The notes beneath the pieces were generated by a model. That model saw nothing but the letters and a program-made list of their open reading frames with translations, did no database searches and was not told the origin of the DNA. From the IMG/VR virus record IMGVR_UViG_3300045996_004119, positions 1 through 64,000 of that record: a stretch of 64,000 nt of DNA, one strand, 5' to 3'. Numbering within the stretch: the stretch's first letter is position 1; each line of letters starts with the position of its first letter. Shown here piece after piece: positions 46,001-54,140 of this stretch. Source of the DNA: a virus. A program made the position numbers and the translations under genes.

Positions 46001-46630
46001 TGCTCGGGGCCAGCGCCCGTCGTCCCCGGCAAGCCCTCTGCCGAGGAGCGCGCCGCCGTGCAGCAGCAAGTGGACATCGGCGCCGGGGTCACGTCCACGG
46101 CCCCCAGCGGGATGACGCTCGGCGGGGTGTGGGAGGCGCTCAAGCGCGTCGCTCGCGTCGACCGCGAGGAGGCCATGTCCATCGAGCGCGCGCACGCGGA
46201 CGGCATCGTCGAAGGGCTCCGCCGCGCCAGGGACATCGCGCGGCGCATGTCGGACGCCGACCGGCTCCAGGCTGTCGACGTCCACGAGATGCACGAGCGG
46301 CTCGACGCGGCCGTGCGCGAGGCAGCGGCCAACGTCGCACCAGCCGACCTGCCCCACGTGGACCGGTCGGCGCTTCTGGGGCTCGCGACGGGGTGGGAGC
46401 GCGCCGACACGCGACTGAGCGCGAAGGCTGCCGACGCGAGGCGAGACGAGGCAACCCGACGCGTATACGAAGGCGAGGCGCGCGGGTTCGCGGTTGCCGC
46501 GCTGGAGCTCCGTCGCCTCCTGGACGCGCCGAGCGGGCCTGGGGGAGAGCGCGCGACCTGCCGCGTCGGTCACGGCGTCGACGACGCCTGCGCGGAGTGC
46601 GCGCCTCGGCGCGCAGGAGGATGGAGATGA
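43061..46630 (+). CDS. Large mosaic coiled-coil hypothetical protein (1189 aa)
   Basis: Long ORF in the expected codon frame; RBS GGGAGG. Confidence 0.75.
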   Translation: MHCDLTIRGATPEQAEGAVSPNDRERIGRVVREIWIDWAREQPSPKPTWLLPWEDLTDTYREAGCRIGEQLFSMGLMAGRAVGEEEVEALRKRVAELEFTRDELTGIQQGDSVVDAAAKAESVALPKQLSEARAEATTLREDVERWRKTNGDIGAALGVKPGEAVRDAATRVIAERDRIQRDWEQQGAMLHEIEARVAELDATCDRVWDALGAIRTGEDLADAVARRLEEASADAAPDAVSPLRPAEDIAREMVGCAVERFGGDWGFTVWTKGTDGRDVDLVVDGYVREESANRDSNSLRKTIVDIIERSRAEGKRAPVEAPRVAAVVGPHICRAHDREVFVGDRDGLKGCDETSPRFWHCTIHLNGEHVALAGNEVCARWPIAPAQDEPQAASEGRVTGSYCEVEMSWPRGAQPDLLALDAAWLVGAPGARQPGYIQSLYSHPAGLRLAMPKDADPRAVLATVAELLGLQDQQDEARALSDLRRAHHAERDDEPANIDDRWQHRRERLSRDTHGSASAFERAYLHGMRDAYTVAGVEMRRARGQAERELGNPAVLKHWSDRTPDEIERWAEEAEGDNPRHASWCRGVAAGIREGERRAGEAWQRATEAGSPAGAAGAMAGFRARNRAWQDATGVEQPEYVQAAKASLVERAITQLEVGIAEGERRAEEKARLDVERAVAAEAARGDAARLEVHEKYLATARELVTDWEERRTNNIAGRDDTNLSRFTRDRLGAKADARETCINDLRAAFNLSDNKPPTGGEPAPVDNGPAHGPGCDVRADRTQCAFDCPKRRADMAKRSEAVADRATTHVEPAQQSTDERPGLAAGQTWRDVSGAEYLIQEREERTPCSTLFAVSAGGGLVPMYRADAPSGWTIVSDAPAAERWRPGAVWERIGERVTVRDSSDDEIVFCEHGWCTDRHLMTERNGWRYVGPGAASGGNGMEADGAQIEAPLGAQPETPNVPTSCQVIPSGAESSTGAGCSGPAPVVPGKPSAEERAAVQQQVDIGAGVTSTAPSGMTLGGVWEALKRVARVDREEAMSIERAHADGIVEGLRRARDIARRMSDADRLQAVDVHEMHERLDAAVREAAANVAPADLPHVDRSALLGLATGWERADTRLSAKAADARRDEATRRVYEGEARGFAVAALELRRLLDAPSGPGGERATCRVGHGVDDACAECAPRRAGGWR

Positions 46631-47124
46631 CCGAGACGGCAACACGTTCGCGCCTCCCGACATGGCCAGCCATGCTCGTTGCTGGCGCTGCCATGGCACT
46701 GGCCTCGTACATCGCGAGACCTTCTTGGGGTGACGCCCTCCGGTTTGTCGGCCTCGCCTTTTCAGTGCTCGCCGTGGGCGAAGTGGCGGATGCCGGCATC
46801 GCTCGGCTTCAGGCGTGGACGCTGGCCCGGCTGGAGGCGCGGCGCCGCACGGCGCTCCCCGAGCGCTTCCTCCTCGACGTGCGCGAGATCAGCGGAGGCG
46901 TGCAGCGCAGGGTGCTGACGAGCCTCGGGCCGGAGGCGCTACGCGCACGACGCGAACGGAGGATGAATACGGTGTTCCTGGACATCTGGCCGCCGTGCGA
47001 GCCGGGGATGCACGTCTGGGAGGGCCGCGTCGACGGAGACGCCTGGAAGGGCACATGGCGCCGGCCGACAGTGGCAGAGCTCGCACGGCACGCGGCTGGA
47101 GAGCCGGTCTGGAGGGACGGGTGA
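46627..47124 (+). CDS. Membrane protein
   Basis: Two N-terminal hydrophobic helices; coupled ATG. Confidence 0.65.
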   Translation: MTETATRSRLPTWPAMLVAGAAMALASYIARPSWGDALRFVGLAFSVLAVGEVADAGIARLQAWTLARLEARRRTALPERFLLDVREISGGVQRRVLTSLGPEALRARRERRMNTVFLDIWPPCEPGMHVWEGRVDGDAWKGTWRRPTVAELARHAAGEPVWRDG

Positions 47125-47705
47125 TGGGACAGCCTGTGAAGATCGGCTTCGACATCGGCGGGGTGCTCTCGAAGTACCCGGACATCCTGCGGCCCGTCGT
47201 CGCGGCGCTGCTCGCGAGCCATCACGTCGAGGTTCACGTGCTCAGCGACATGTTCCCGCACGCGAAGTGCGTGGCCTTCGTGCACGGCAACGGCTTCCAC
47301 GTGCCGCCCGACCGCATCCACTCCTGCGACTACGGCGGCCACGGCGAGCTCTGCAAAGCCGAGAAGATGCGGGAGATCGGCATCGACATGATGCTCGACG
47401 ACTTCCCCGGCTACCTCGCCGAGGGCTGCGCGCTACGGCTGCTGGTGATGCCGGATCCGCGCCGGCCGTACTACCACGACGACTGGAAGACGGACGGCAG
47501 CGAGGGCGACTTCGGGCGCCGTAAGAAGAAGGCGGTGACGGACGGGGCGAAGGCGCACGTCGGCGCCCGCGTCGCGACCGTCGCGACGGCGCAGTGCCGC
47601 CCCATCCACCCCTATGCGGCAGGGGGAGGGCATCTCGGTGATTCGGGAGGGCGCAGCGAGCCGATCGGGCCCGATCCGGGCCTGAAACGAGGCAGATCGC
47701 GATGA
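47124..47705 (+). CDS. HAD-superfamily hydrolase-like protein
   Basis: IGFDIGGVL motif I-like, HVLSD, K, IDMMLDDF motif IV. Confidence 0.65.
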   Translation: MGQPVKIGFDIGGVLSKYPDILRPVVAALLASHHVEVHVLSDMFPHAKCVAFVHGNGFHVPPDRIHSCDYGGHGELCKAEKMREIGIDMMLDDFPGYLAEGCALRLLVMPDPRRPYYHDDWKTDGSEGDFGRRKKKAVTDGAKAHVGARVATVATAQCRPIHPYAAGGGHLGDSGGRSEPIGPDPGLKRGRSR

Positions 47706-48313
47706 CTGAACCGGAGGTCTTCTACTTCGGGGACGCGCGCCTCGAGGACGGCCCCGGTGCTGGACACCACCTGTGGTCTCCCTGCGCGGGCCACGTCGCC
47801 TGGGCACCGGCCGAGGTGCGCCGGAAGCTGCCGTGGACGCTCGCGGAGCTCGACGGCAAACTGGCGGGCGACCCAGCGCTCAAGGACCCGCGCGAGCCGA
47901 GCTGGTGGGCCAGCAAGGACCAGCCGGAGGGCATCGTCCGGGTGCATCGGCGCGGCGGGTGGACGGCGATCTCGTTCTGGGACCGCTCCGGCGACGGCCG
48001 CCACGGGTCGAGCTCGACGTTCATCGCCGCCGGCGAGCACACGGCCCGGGAGATGGTTGCGCTGTTCGAGCGGAGCTTCCCGGCGATCTGGGAGCGGATC
48101 ACGCGGCGGTTCCAGCTGGTGCTTCCGGTGGAGGCGCCGCGGCCGGAGCCGGGGACGAGGCTGCGGATCGAGGGGCCGGCGATCCGGGTGGCGGCGGTGG
48201 CGGGGGTCCGGGAGGAGCGGGTGGAGGTCGCCGAGGTGGCCGGCGAGGCGGAGGAGGCGACAGAGGGACCGCGCAGGCGCGCGGTGGTGGGCGGCGAGAG
48301 GAGGACCAGGTGA
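47702..48313 (+). CDS. Hypothetical protein
   Basis: WTAISFWDRSGDGRHGSSSTF; coupled ORF. Confidence 0.7.
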   Translation: MTEPEVFYFGDARLEDGPGAGHHLWSPCAGHVAWAPAEVRRKLPWTLAELDGKLAGDPALKDPREPSWWASKDQPEGIVRVHRRGGWTAISFWDRSGDGRHGSSSTFIAAGEHTAREMVALFERSFPAIWERITRRFQLVLPVEAPRPEPGTRLRIEGPAIRVAAVAGVREERVEVAEVAGEAEEATEGPRRRAVVGGERRTR

Positions 48314-48594
48314 GCGAGAACTGGATCACGCTGCCGCCCGTGGCGTCCGAGGCCTCGGCGCGGCTCATGGAGTACCTGGAGGCTCGCGGGTGGTACGCGA
48401 CGCGGCGGGACAAGGACCGCGGCATCCGCTGGTTCACCCCGCCGCACGAGGACGGGGAGGTGGAGGTGGGCCCGGAGGTCGCGCCGGACGTGGCGGCCAG
48501 GATCGCGGAGCTGGAAGGGCGCCCGGTGGAGGACGTGGAGGCTGACATGCGGGAAGCGGGGGTGCTGGGGCGCGAGGAAGGAGCAGAGGGGTGA
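48310..48594 (+). CDS. Hypothetical protein
   Basis: Coupled GTG. Confidence 0.6.
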   Translation: MSENWITLPPVASEASARLMEYLEARGWYATRRDKDRGIRWFTPPHEDGEVEVGPEVAPDVAARIAELEGRPVEDVEADMREAGVLGREEGAEG

Positions 48595-49064
48595 ACGAGT
48601 ACGGGAAGGGCTTGAAGGCGGCCACGTCGATGTTCGGCGCGTCGAACGCGCACCAGATGGCGCAGCACCTCCTCAGCCAGGCGCGCGAGGACGTGGCGAC
48701 GCCGGCCGAGGCCGAGGGCTTCGCCATGGGCCTCAAGATGGTCGCGAACGAGATCAACCGGATCGCGCGGCAGGCCCGGGAGCGCGCCGGGGAGCAGATC
48801 GACCCGAGGCCGATGTCCGGCGACCGCGTGGCGCAGCACCGGCACATGTACGGGCCGGATGGGTTGCAGGTCGAGTGGCGCGAGACGGTGGGCGAGATCC
48901 TGGCCGTCGAGAGGCGCACAGAGGCGCTCGGCGGCTGGGTCGCGCTGGTGTTCTGGCCGGATCTGCGGGGACGGGAGCGGCTTCAGGCGCACGAGGCGTT
49001 CGACTTCGGCGAGCACGCGGGGCCAACGCGGGTCCGGATCGTCGAGGAGGTGGAAGGTGGCTGA
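48591..49064 (+). CDS. Hypothetical protein
   Basis: Coupled ORF. Confidence 0.65.
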   Translation: MNEYGKGLKAATSMFGASNAHQMAQHLLSQAREDVATPAEAEGFAMGLKMVANEINRIARQARERAGEQIDPRPMSGDRVAQHRHMYGPDGLQVEWRETVGEILAVERRTEALGGWVALVFWPDLRGRERLQAHEAFDFGEHAGPTRVRIVEEVEGG

Positions 49065-49479
49065 GCGCGGGTTCGAGATCCCGGCGGAGGACGTCGAGGC
49101 GGCGCTGGGTCGGGGCGTGCTGAGGGGACTGACCAAGCGGGCCACGGCGGAGCCCGATGGGAAGCCGACCGAGGAGAGTGATGGCCGACCGCCGAACGGA
49201 TGGCTGGAGGCGAGGCGCGAATACGAGGCCGGTCGTCCGCCCTGCGGCATGGAGCCGCACCCCGACGTCGTGACGGCGCTCGCGAATGCTGTCGTTGCGC
49301 GGTGGGAGGTCGCCGGGATGACCTGGAACGGCGACCGGAACCTGCCGCAGCCAGCGACGGAGGGCCCTACGCCGATCTGCTACGCGAACACGTGGGTCGC
49401 TCGGGCCATCCGTAGGGGCGTGCGGTACGAGCTGGATGGGTCGGGTCTGCCGAGGCCGTCTGGAGGTGCTTGTGGGTAG
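49057..49479 (+). CDS. Hypothetical protein
   Basis: Overlapping GTG. Confidence 0.55.
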   Translation: MAERGFEIPAEDVEAALGRGVLRGLTKRATAEPDGKPTEESDGRPPNGWLEARREYEAGRPPCGMEPHPDVVTALANAVVARWEVAGMTWNGDRNLPQPATEGPTPICYANTWVARAIRRGVRYELDGSGLPRPSGGACG

Positions 49480-49533
49480 CCCGTGCTGCGCGGTGGGAGC
49501 CAGGCCGGACGCGGCGGAGAAGGAGCAGGGCCG

Positions 49534-50184
49534 ATGAGCCGTCAGACCAAGAAGCGCGAAGCTGCGGGGGTCGTGTACTTCATCCGGGAGAAAGGGACCG
49601 GCTGCATCAAGATCGGTAAGACGACCGACGTGCGCGGACGAATCAAGGGTCTCCAGACCGGTTCTCCGCAGGGCCTCCAGCTCTTGGCCGTCGTGCCAGG
49701 GTACACGGAGGTCGAGGAGCGGCTCCACCGCCGGTTCGCAGCCGATCGCGTCAGCGGGGAGTGGTTCCGGCCATCGTCAGAGCTCCTGGCCTTCATTGAC
49801 GGTGTGGTGGCAGCCGGACATGCCGCCGATCTGGTCGTCGCAGCGGCGGAGGTGGCTGGTCTGAAGGCCCAACTCGCAGAGATGCGAGAGGAACTCTCGT
49901 GGCATCAGCGCGCCGAGAAGATGTTCGACGTGTCGCACAGAGGAATGGTGGCGGATGCGCTCGAAGTGGTGCGAGCGCAACGCGAGGCCGATGAAGTGGC
50001 GGAGCTTGGGCGACTGGACGACGAACTCGAGCGCCAGGCCGGAGGGGAAACGGCCCCGGCTACCGAGCGACGCCCGGGCGCAGAGATGAGCGAGCCCAAC
50101 CCGCTGTTTGGGTACTTCAGGACTGCGCTCCGGCAGGCCATGGAGAAGCAGGCAGCCAAGCACGCTGGAGTAGTTGTCGGATAA
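49534..50184 (+). CDS. T5orf172/MUG113 domain protein with coiled-coil tail
   Basis: VYFIRE..GCIKIGKT...LQTGSP...EERLHRRF...GEWF. Confidence 0.85.
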   Translation: MSRQTKKREAAGVVYFIREKGTGCIKIGKTTDVRGRIKGLQTGSPQGLQLLAVVPGYTEVEERLHRRFAADRVSGEWFRPSSELLAFIDGVVAAGHAADLVVAAAEVAGLKAQLAEMREELSWHQRAEKMFDVSHRGMVADALEVVRAQREADEVAELGRLDDELERQAGGETAPATERRPGAEMSEPNPLFGYFRTALRQAMEKQAAKHAGVVVG

Positions 50185-50185
50185 T

Positions 50186-50875
50186 ATGGGCCGCCAGTGC
50201 ACAGTGTGCGAGCACCCGCAGCGCAAGGCGATCGAGAAGCTGCTCGTCGACCCGTCGTCATCGAACCGGCGCGTAGCGGCGCAGCACGGGCTCGCGGAAG
50301 CGAGCGTAAGGAGACACAAAAGCGACCACATGCCGATCCTGCTGACGCAGGTGGCCGGGTCGATTCCGACGCAATCGACGCAGCAAGCGGCGCAAACTGA
50401 CGCGGGTCCGGAGGCTGCCGCGACGCCCCAGGTTCAGGCGGCCGGGCCGACCCCGACAGCCCCGAACCTGCGTGGGCTGCACACCAGGAGGGACGTCGAG
50501 CACGCCGACCGGCTAGTGGAGGAGGTGAAGGGGCTCCAGGCGCGCGCCCTCACAGCTCTCGGGAACGCGGAACTGACCGAGGACTGGAAGGCGGTCGCCG
50601 GGCTCATCGGCCAGGCCCGCGGCTGCCTCGAGCTACAGGCCAAGCTGCTCGGCAAGCTGGGCCCGCAGGTCCAGGTGAATCTCCTCCAAGCGCCTCCAGT
50701 GGTAGACTTCGCCGTCGCAGCGGCGACTTTCTTGGAGGCCCTCTGCCCGGAGCACGCCGAGGTGGTCGATGCCTGGCTCGCCGCGGTGGACAAGGATGTC
50801 GACGGCGCCCGGAGCGATCCGGCCGGGTGGCTCGAGCGGCGTCGAGCCGTGGTCACCGTCGAGCCGGAGCGGTGA
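50186..50875 (+). CDS. Zn-finger/HTH protein, candidate terminase small subunit
   Basis: CTVCEHPQRKAIEKLL...RRVAAQHGLAEASVRRHKSDH; LELQAKLLGKL. Confidence 0.55.
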   Translation: MGRQCTVCEHPQRKAIEKLLVDPSSSNRRVAAQHGLAEASVRRHKSDHMPILLTQVAGSIPTQSTQQAAQTDAGPEAAATPQVQAAGPTPTAPNLRGLHTRRDVEHADRLVEEVKGLQARALTALGNAELTEDWKAVAGLIGQARGCLELQAKLLGKLGPQVQVNLLQAPPVVDFAVAAATFLEALCPEHAEVVDAWLAAVDKDVDGARSDPAGWLERRRAVVTVEPER

Positions 50876-50987
50876 GGGTGGCGCCAGCAGGGACGGGGGT
50901 AGTAGGGTGTTGAGCGTGGATCGGTGTCAAGAGAAATCGACATGGCCCAGGAAGGTGCGCCGCGGGGCGGAGGCACGAGGAGAGGTG

Positions 50988-51221
50988 ATGGAGTTCTTCG
51001 TTGGTTCGCTGTTCGGCTTCGTGCTGGCCTTCGTGGCCATCCGGTTCAACGACCGCCGCGTGGACCGCGATATCGAGGCACGCCTGATGGCACTCGATCG
51101 AGAGCGCATCCGGCGCATTTTCCGGCGCCACGTAACGCCGTGCCACCGGTGCTCAGGGCGTGGGTTCGATGCGTTCAACGAAGAGGCCGCGGTGCGAGAC
51201 CCGGAGTGGGCCGAGCGATGA
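50988..51221 (+). CDS. Small membrane protein with Zn motif
   Basis: N-terminal TM; CHRCSGRG. Confidence 0.6.
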   Translation: MEFFVGSLFGFVLAFVAIRFNDRRVDRDIEARLMALDRERIRRIFRRHVTPCHRCSGRGFDAFNEEAAVRDPEWAER

Positions 51222-51409
51222 CGACCAGCGACAAACGATGGGAGCCGGGAGCCGCCTGGGAGCTCTTCGGGGAGCGGCACGTACTCGCGAAGACGTCGTA
51301 CGCGTTCGGCCTGCCATGGGCGCATTTTCCCGGCATGACACTGGCGGTGGAACTGGGCGAGATGACGCCGGCGAGCGGATGGCGGTACCTAGAACACCAA
51401 TCATGTTGA
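51218..51409 (+). CDS. Hypothetical protein
   Basis: Coupled ATG. Confidence 0.5.
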   Translation: MTTSDKRWEPGAAWELFGERHVLAKTSYAFGLPWAHFPGMTLAVELGEMTPASGWRYLEHQSC

Positions 51410-51540
51410 AACCCGGAGAATTTTCACAGGGAGGCGAGGAGGCGGGGAGGAAGAAGAAAATGAATTTCTCCCTCTTGCCGTCTCTCGCTCCCCGCCTCCC
51501 CGTCTCCCTGTGAAATTCCTGCTTTTTCTCGGGGTTTCAA
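51406..51540. repeat. 135-nt nested imperfect inverted repeat (long hairpin)
   Basis: Arm pairs TTGAAACCC/GGGTTTCAA, GAGAA/TTCTC, TTTCACAGGGAG/CTCCCTGTGAAA, GGAGGCGGGGAG/CTCCCCGCCTCC. Confidence 0.9.
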
Positions 51541-51619
51541 CCCGTTTGTCGCTCTAGGTGACGGCGTTGCCACAGAGTCGGAGCAGGCGATCATCAAACC
51601 TTGATGCACTGCTCGCCCG

Positions 51620-51647
51620 TTGCGCCTCCAAAATTTGGAGGTATGCT
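51620..51647 (+). promoter_or_regulatory. Putative promoter with palindromic operator in the spacer
   Basis: TTGCGC-N16-TATGCT; spacer contains CTCCAAA-A-TTTGGAG; ATG 6 nt downstream. Confidence 0.6.
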
Positions 51648-51653
51648 CCGGGC

Positions 51654-51836
51654 ATGAACCCGTTCGCCTGCCCGCACATCGAGGACATGGCGTCGCTGTG
51701 CCGGCGCGCAGAGGCCGCGCGACGCATGCGCACCGAGGCGTTCGCGAAGGTGCGCCAGGGTCGCTGGGACCTGCTGACGCCCGAGGAGCACGGCTGGGTT
51801 GTTGCCGCGCTGGCGACGGAGTGCCCGGACGCTTGA
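51654..51836 (+). CDS. Small hypothetical protein, probably leaderless
   Basis: ATG at the predicted transcription start. Confidence 0.55.
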   Translation: MNPFACPHIEDMASLCRRAEAARRMRTEAFAKVRQGRWDLLTPEEHGWVVAALATECPDA

Positions 51837-51840
51837 TCGG

Positions 51841-52254
51841 GTGGACGTCCCTGTCTCAGCCAAGGCGGCGCTCCTCCAGGAGCTCTCTCGTGGGCCAGGC
51901 GTCGCGTACGAGCTGGCCAGGCGCTTGCGCCACGCGACCGGCGGCGCGCTCGCGCTCCGGGAGGCGAGCCTCTACGCGGCGCTGCGAGCGCTCGAGGACG
52001 AGCGGGAGGGGCTCGTGACCTCGACGGAGGAGCCGCCGGCGCGGGCCGGTGCGAAGCCGCGCCGGGTCTACCAGCTTACGCCGAAGGGGCAGCAGGTGGT
52101 CCAGGAACACCGGGCCGTGGTGGCGGCGGTGTTCTTCGAGCTCAAGGCGCCAGCGGTGGAAGCACGCCGTCCTGAGACAGCTGCGGCGCCCGCGCCCGCC
52201 GAACGCTGGGTGGAGCCGGACGGCACAGAGGCAGGCGAGGTGCAGGATGGGTGA
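51841..52254 (+). CDS. PadR-family transcriptional regulator
   Basis: LLQELSRGPGVAYELARRL...EASLYAALRALE...RRVYQLTPKG. Confidence 0.88.
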   Translation: MDVPVSAKAALLQELSRGPGVAYELARRLRHATGGALALREASLYAALRALEDEREGLVTSTEEPPARAGAKPRRVYQLTPKGQQVVQEHRAVVAAVFFELKAPAVEARRPETAAAPAPAERWVEPDGTEAGEVQDG

Positions 52255-52448
52255 GCCGACGATGGCTGACGGATCGTTCCAGGGGTGCCTGAAGGTGGGG
52301 CACGACGCCCGGTGTGTACCCGATGCGGCCGGATGGCCCTGATCGTCCACCCGAGCTTGGTCGACGATACGTACGCCAGCGGATACGCGACGCTGCCTAC
52401 AGTACTGCTGCCGGAAGAGCCGTAGAGGCGATCGCTGGGTGGTGAGAG

Positions 52449-53645
52449 ATGGCGATGACAGCGAAGAAGGAGACGGGATTGAGCCTACTTGAGATCGACC
52501 AGAGAGCGATGCTCTCGCTATTCCGGTTCGGGACGGAGCTCCTAGGTAAACTGCCGGCTCGAGGCGACGGGCCGCTGGCCGTGGCGGTGAAGCTGCTGGC
52601 CATCGGCGATGCGTGGGACGGCGTCTACGGTGGCAAGTCGAGCGTCTACACCAGCATCTTCAGCCGCTACAGCCTCAAGGAGCGCACGAGCGAGCCGTTC
52701 GTGAGGCTCTTCTTCGGCACGAACCTCGGCTCGACGTACAAGCTGCGCCGGATCGGGGTCTCGGAACACCTCGAGATGATTGAGGCGGTGGCGCCCGACG
52801 GCGAGCGACTCTTCTTCCAGGAGCACCGCTACGGCCGCCCGGAGGTGTCCGCCGAGTTCTTCCACACGCCGGACTTCAACTTCGGTGAGGCGATGTCGGT
52901 GCTCTGGGACCGGTACCGCGACGGGCTCTACCTCTCGCTCGTCCCGGGCCGCGGCGGCTGGGGGCACGAGGTGACGTTCTGCGGGCTCTCGCCGGACGCA
53001 ACGGCATGCCGGAGCCGGAAGGCGACCGCGCGCATCACCGAGCTCGCCGACAGCCTCCTCGAGGCCCCGCGCACGCTCCTGCTCTACGGACCTCCCGGGA
53101 CCGGGAAGACGAGCATGGTGATGGCCGTCGCGCGGCTCTGCGGTGGGCGGCTGCTCAAGATCGACGCGGCGAGCCTGCCGCAGATCGGGGTCCAGGAGCT
53201 CGGGTTTCTGATCGACGCGCTGCGGCCGCAGTTCCTACTGGTCGACGACTTCGACCGGGCCCCGGTGGAGGAGGTGCGCGCCCGCGTGCTCTTCCTCTTC
53301 GAGCGGCTCAAGGCTGCGGGCCCGAGCGTCTTCGTCACCGTGAACGACGTGGCGAAGCTCGACCCGGCCCTGCTCCGGAGCGGGCGCATCGACGCGGCGA
53401 TCGAGCTCGGGTTGCCGGACGCCGAGGAGCGCGCCGACATCCTGGGGCGCCTCGGGCTCGGCACCGATCTGGTCGCGGCGACCGACGGCTTCAATCACGC
53501 CGACCTCGATGCGCTGGCGGAGAAGGCGAGGTCGGCCCCGGTGGACGCGGTGCTCGCCGGGATGCAGCGGCTGCGCGCGCTGGCGCAGCAGGCTGCTGCC
53601 GCGGCGGGCGGCCCGGCGGAGGTGAAGAGTGCCGCCCCCTCGTGA
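52449..53645 (+). CDS. AAA+ ATPase with N-terminal extension (BCS1-like arrangement)
   Basis: LLYGPPGTGKT, LLVDDFD, TVND...LDPALLRSGRID. Confidence 0.88.
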   Translation: MAMTAKKETGLSLLEIDQRAMLSLFRFGTELLGKLPARGDGPLAVAVKLLAIGDAWDGVYGGKSSVYTSIFSRYSLKERTSEPFVRLFFGTNLGSTYKLRRIGVSEHLEMIEAVAPDGERLFFQEHRYGRPEVSAEFFHTPDFNFGEAMSVLWDRYRDGLYLSLVPGRGGWGHEVTFCGLSPDATACRSRKATARITELADSLLEAPRTLLLYGPPGTGKTSMVMAVARLCGGRLLKIDAASLPQIGVQELGFLIDALRPQFLLVDDFDRAPVEEVRARVLFLFERLKAAGPSVFVTVNDVAKLDPALLRSGRIDAAIELGLPDAEERADILGRLGLGTDLVAATDGFNHADLDALAEKARSAPVDAVLAGMQRLRALAQQAAAAAGGPAEVKSAAPS

Positions 53646-53886
53646 GCTTGTCGGGCTCTTCTACCGCGTGCGCGGGATGGCTCGCGTGCGTGTCGGCGGC
53701 CCGATGGTCCACGTGGTGGCCTTTGGCCAGCGAGGGGAGGTTGCTGGCCAGGCTCCGGACAGGTCGGACAACGCCACGCCGTACACCAGCCCCGTCAAGG
53801 CGCGCCGGATCGCGAGGCTGCTGAGGCGGGATGGAGTGGAGAGCGTGCGCATCTGTCGGGTGAGGGTGTGGCGGAGGCGGGCGTGA
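53629..53886 (+). CDS. Hypothetical protein
   Basis: ORF bridging the ATPase and the next gene; start uncertain. Confidence 0.4.
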   Translation: MPPPRELVGLFYRVRGMARVRVGGPMVHVVAFGQRGEVAGQAPDRSDNATPYTSPVKARRIARLLRRDGVESVRICRVRVWRRRA

Positions 53887-54140
53887 CGGCGCGCACGCCG
53901 CTCGACGTGGAGATCGACCGCGTGACGGCGGCGGTGCGGCGTGCGGCGGAGGCACTCGACGCTCTGCGCTCCGAGGCTGCCGGTGGATGCTGCCCGGACT
54001 GCGTGCTCGGGGGTCGGTACACGGTTCCGGCAGAGGCGCAGACGCGGCGGCGCGCGTGGCTCGTGGTGCTGCTCGGGAAGCGCGGGGCTGCCGGCGACGC
54101 CGATCTGGCACGCTCCGTCGAGTGGGGGACATGGCCGTGA
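53883..54140 (+). CDS. Hypothetical protein with CPDC motif
   Basis: Coupled GTG; overlaps the TerL start. Confidence 0.55.
   Translation: MTARTPLDVEIDRVTAAVRRAAEALDALRSEAAGGCCPDCVLGGRYTVPAEAQTRRRAWLVVLLGKRGAAGDADLARSVEWGTWP

Noticed and set aside
51406-51540. Protelomerase telRL site
   Set aside because: telRL sites are near-perfect palindromes; this repeat has bulges and a large loop, no protelomerase is seen, and the phage has a conventional integrase and att core
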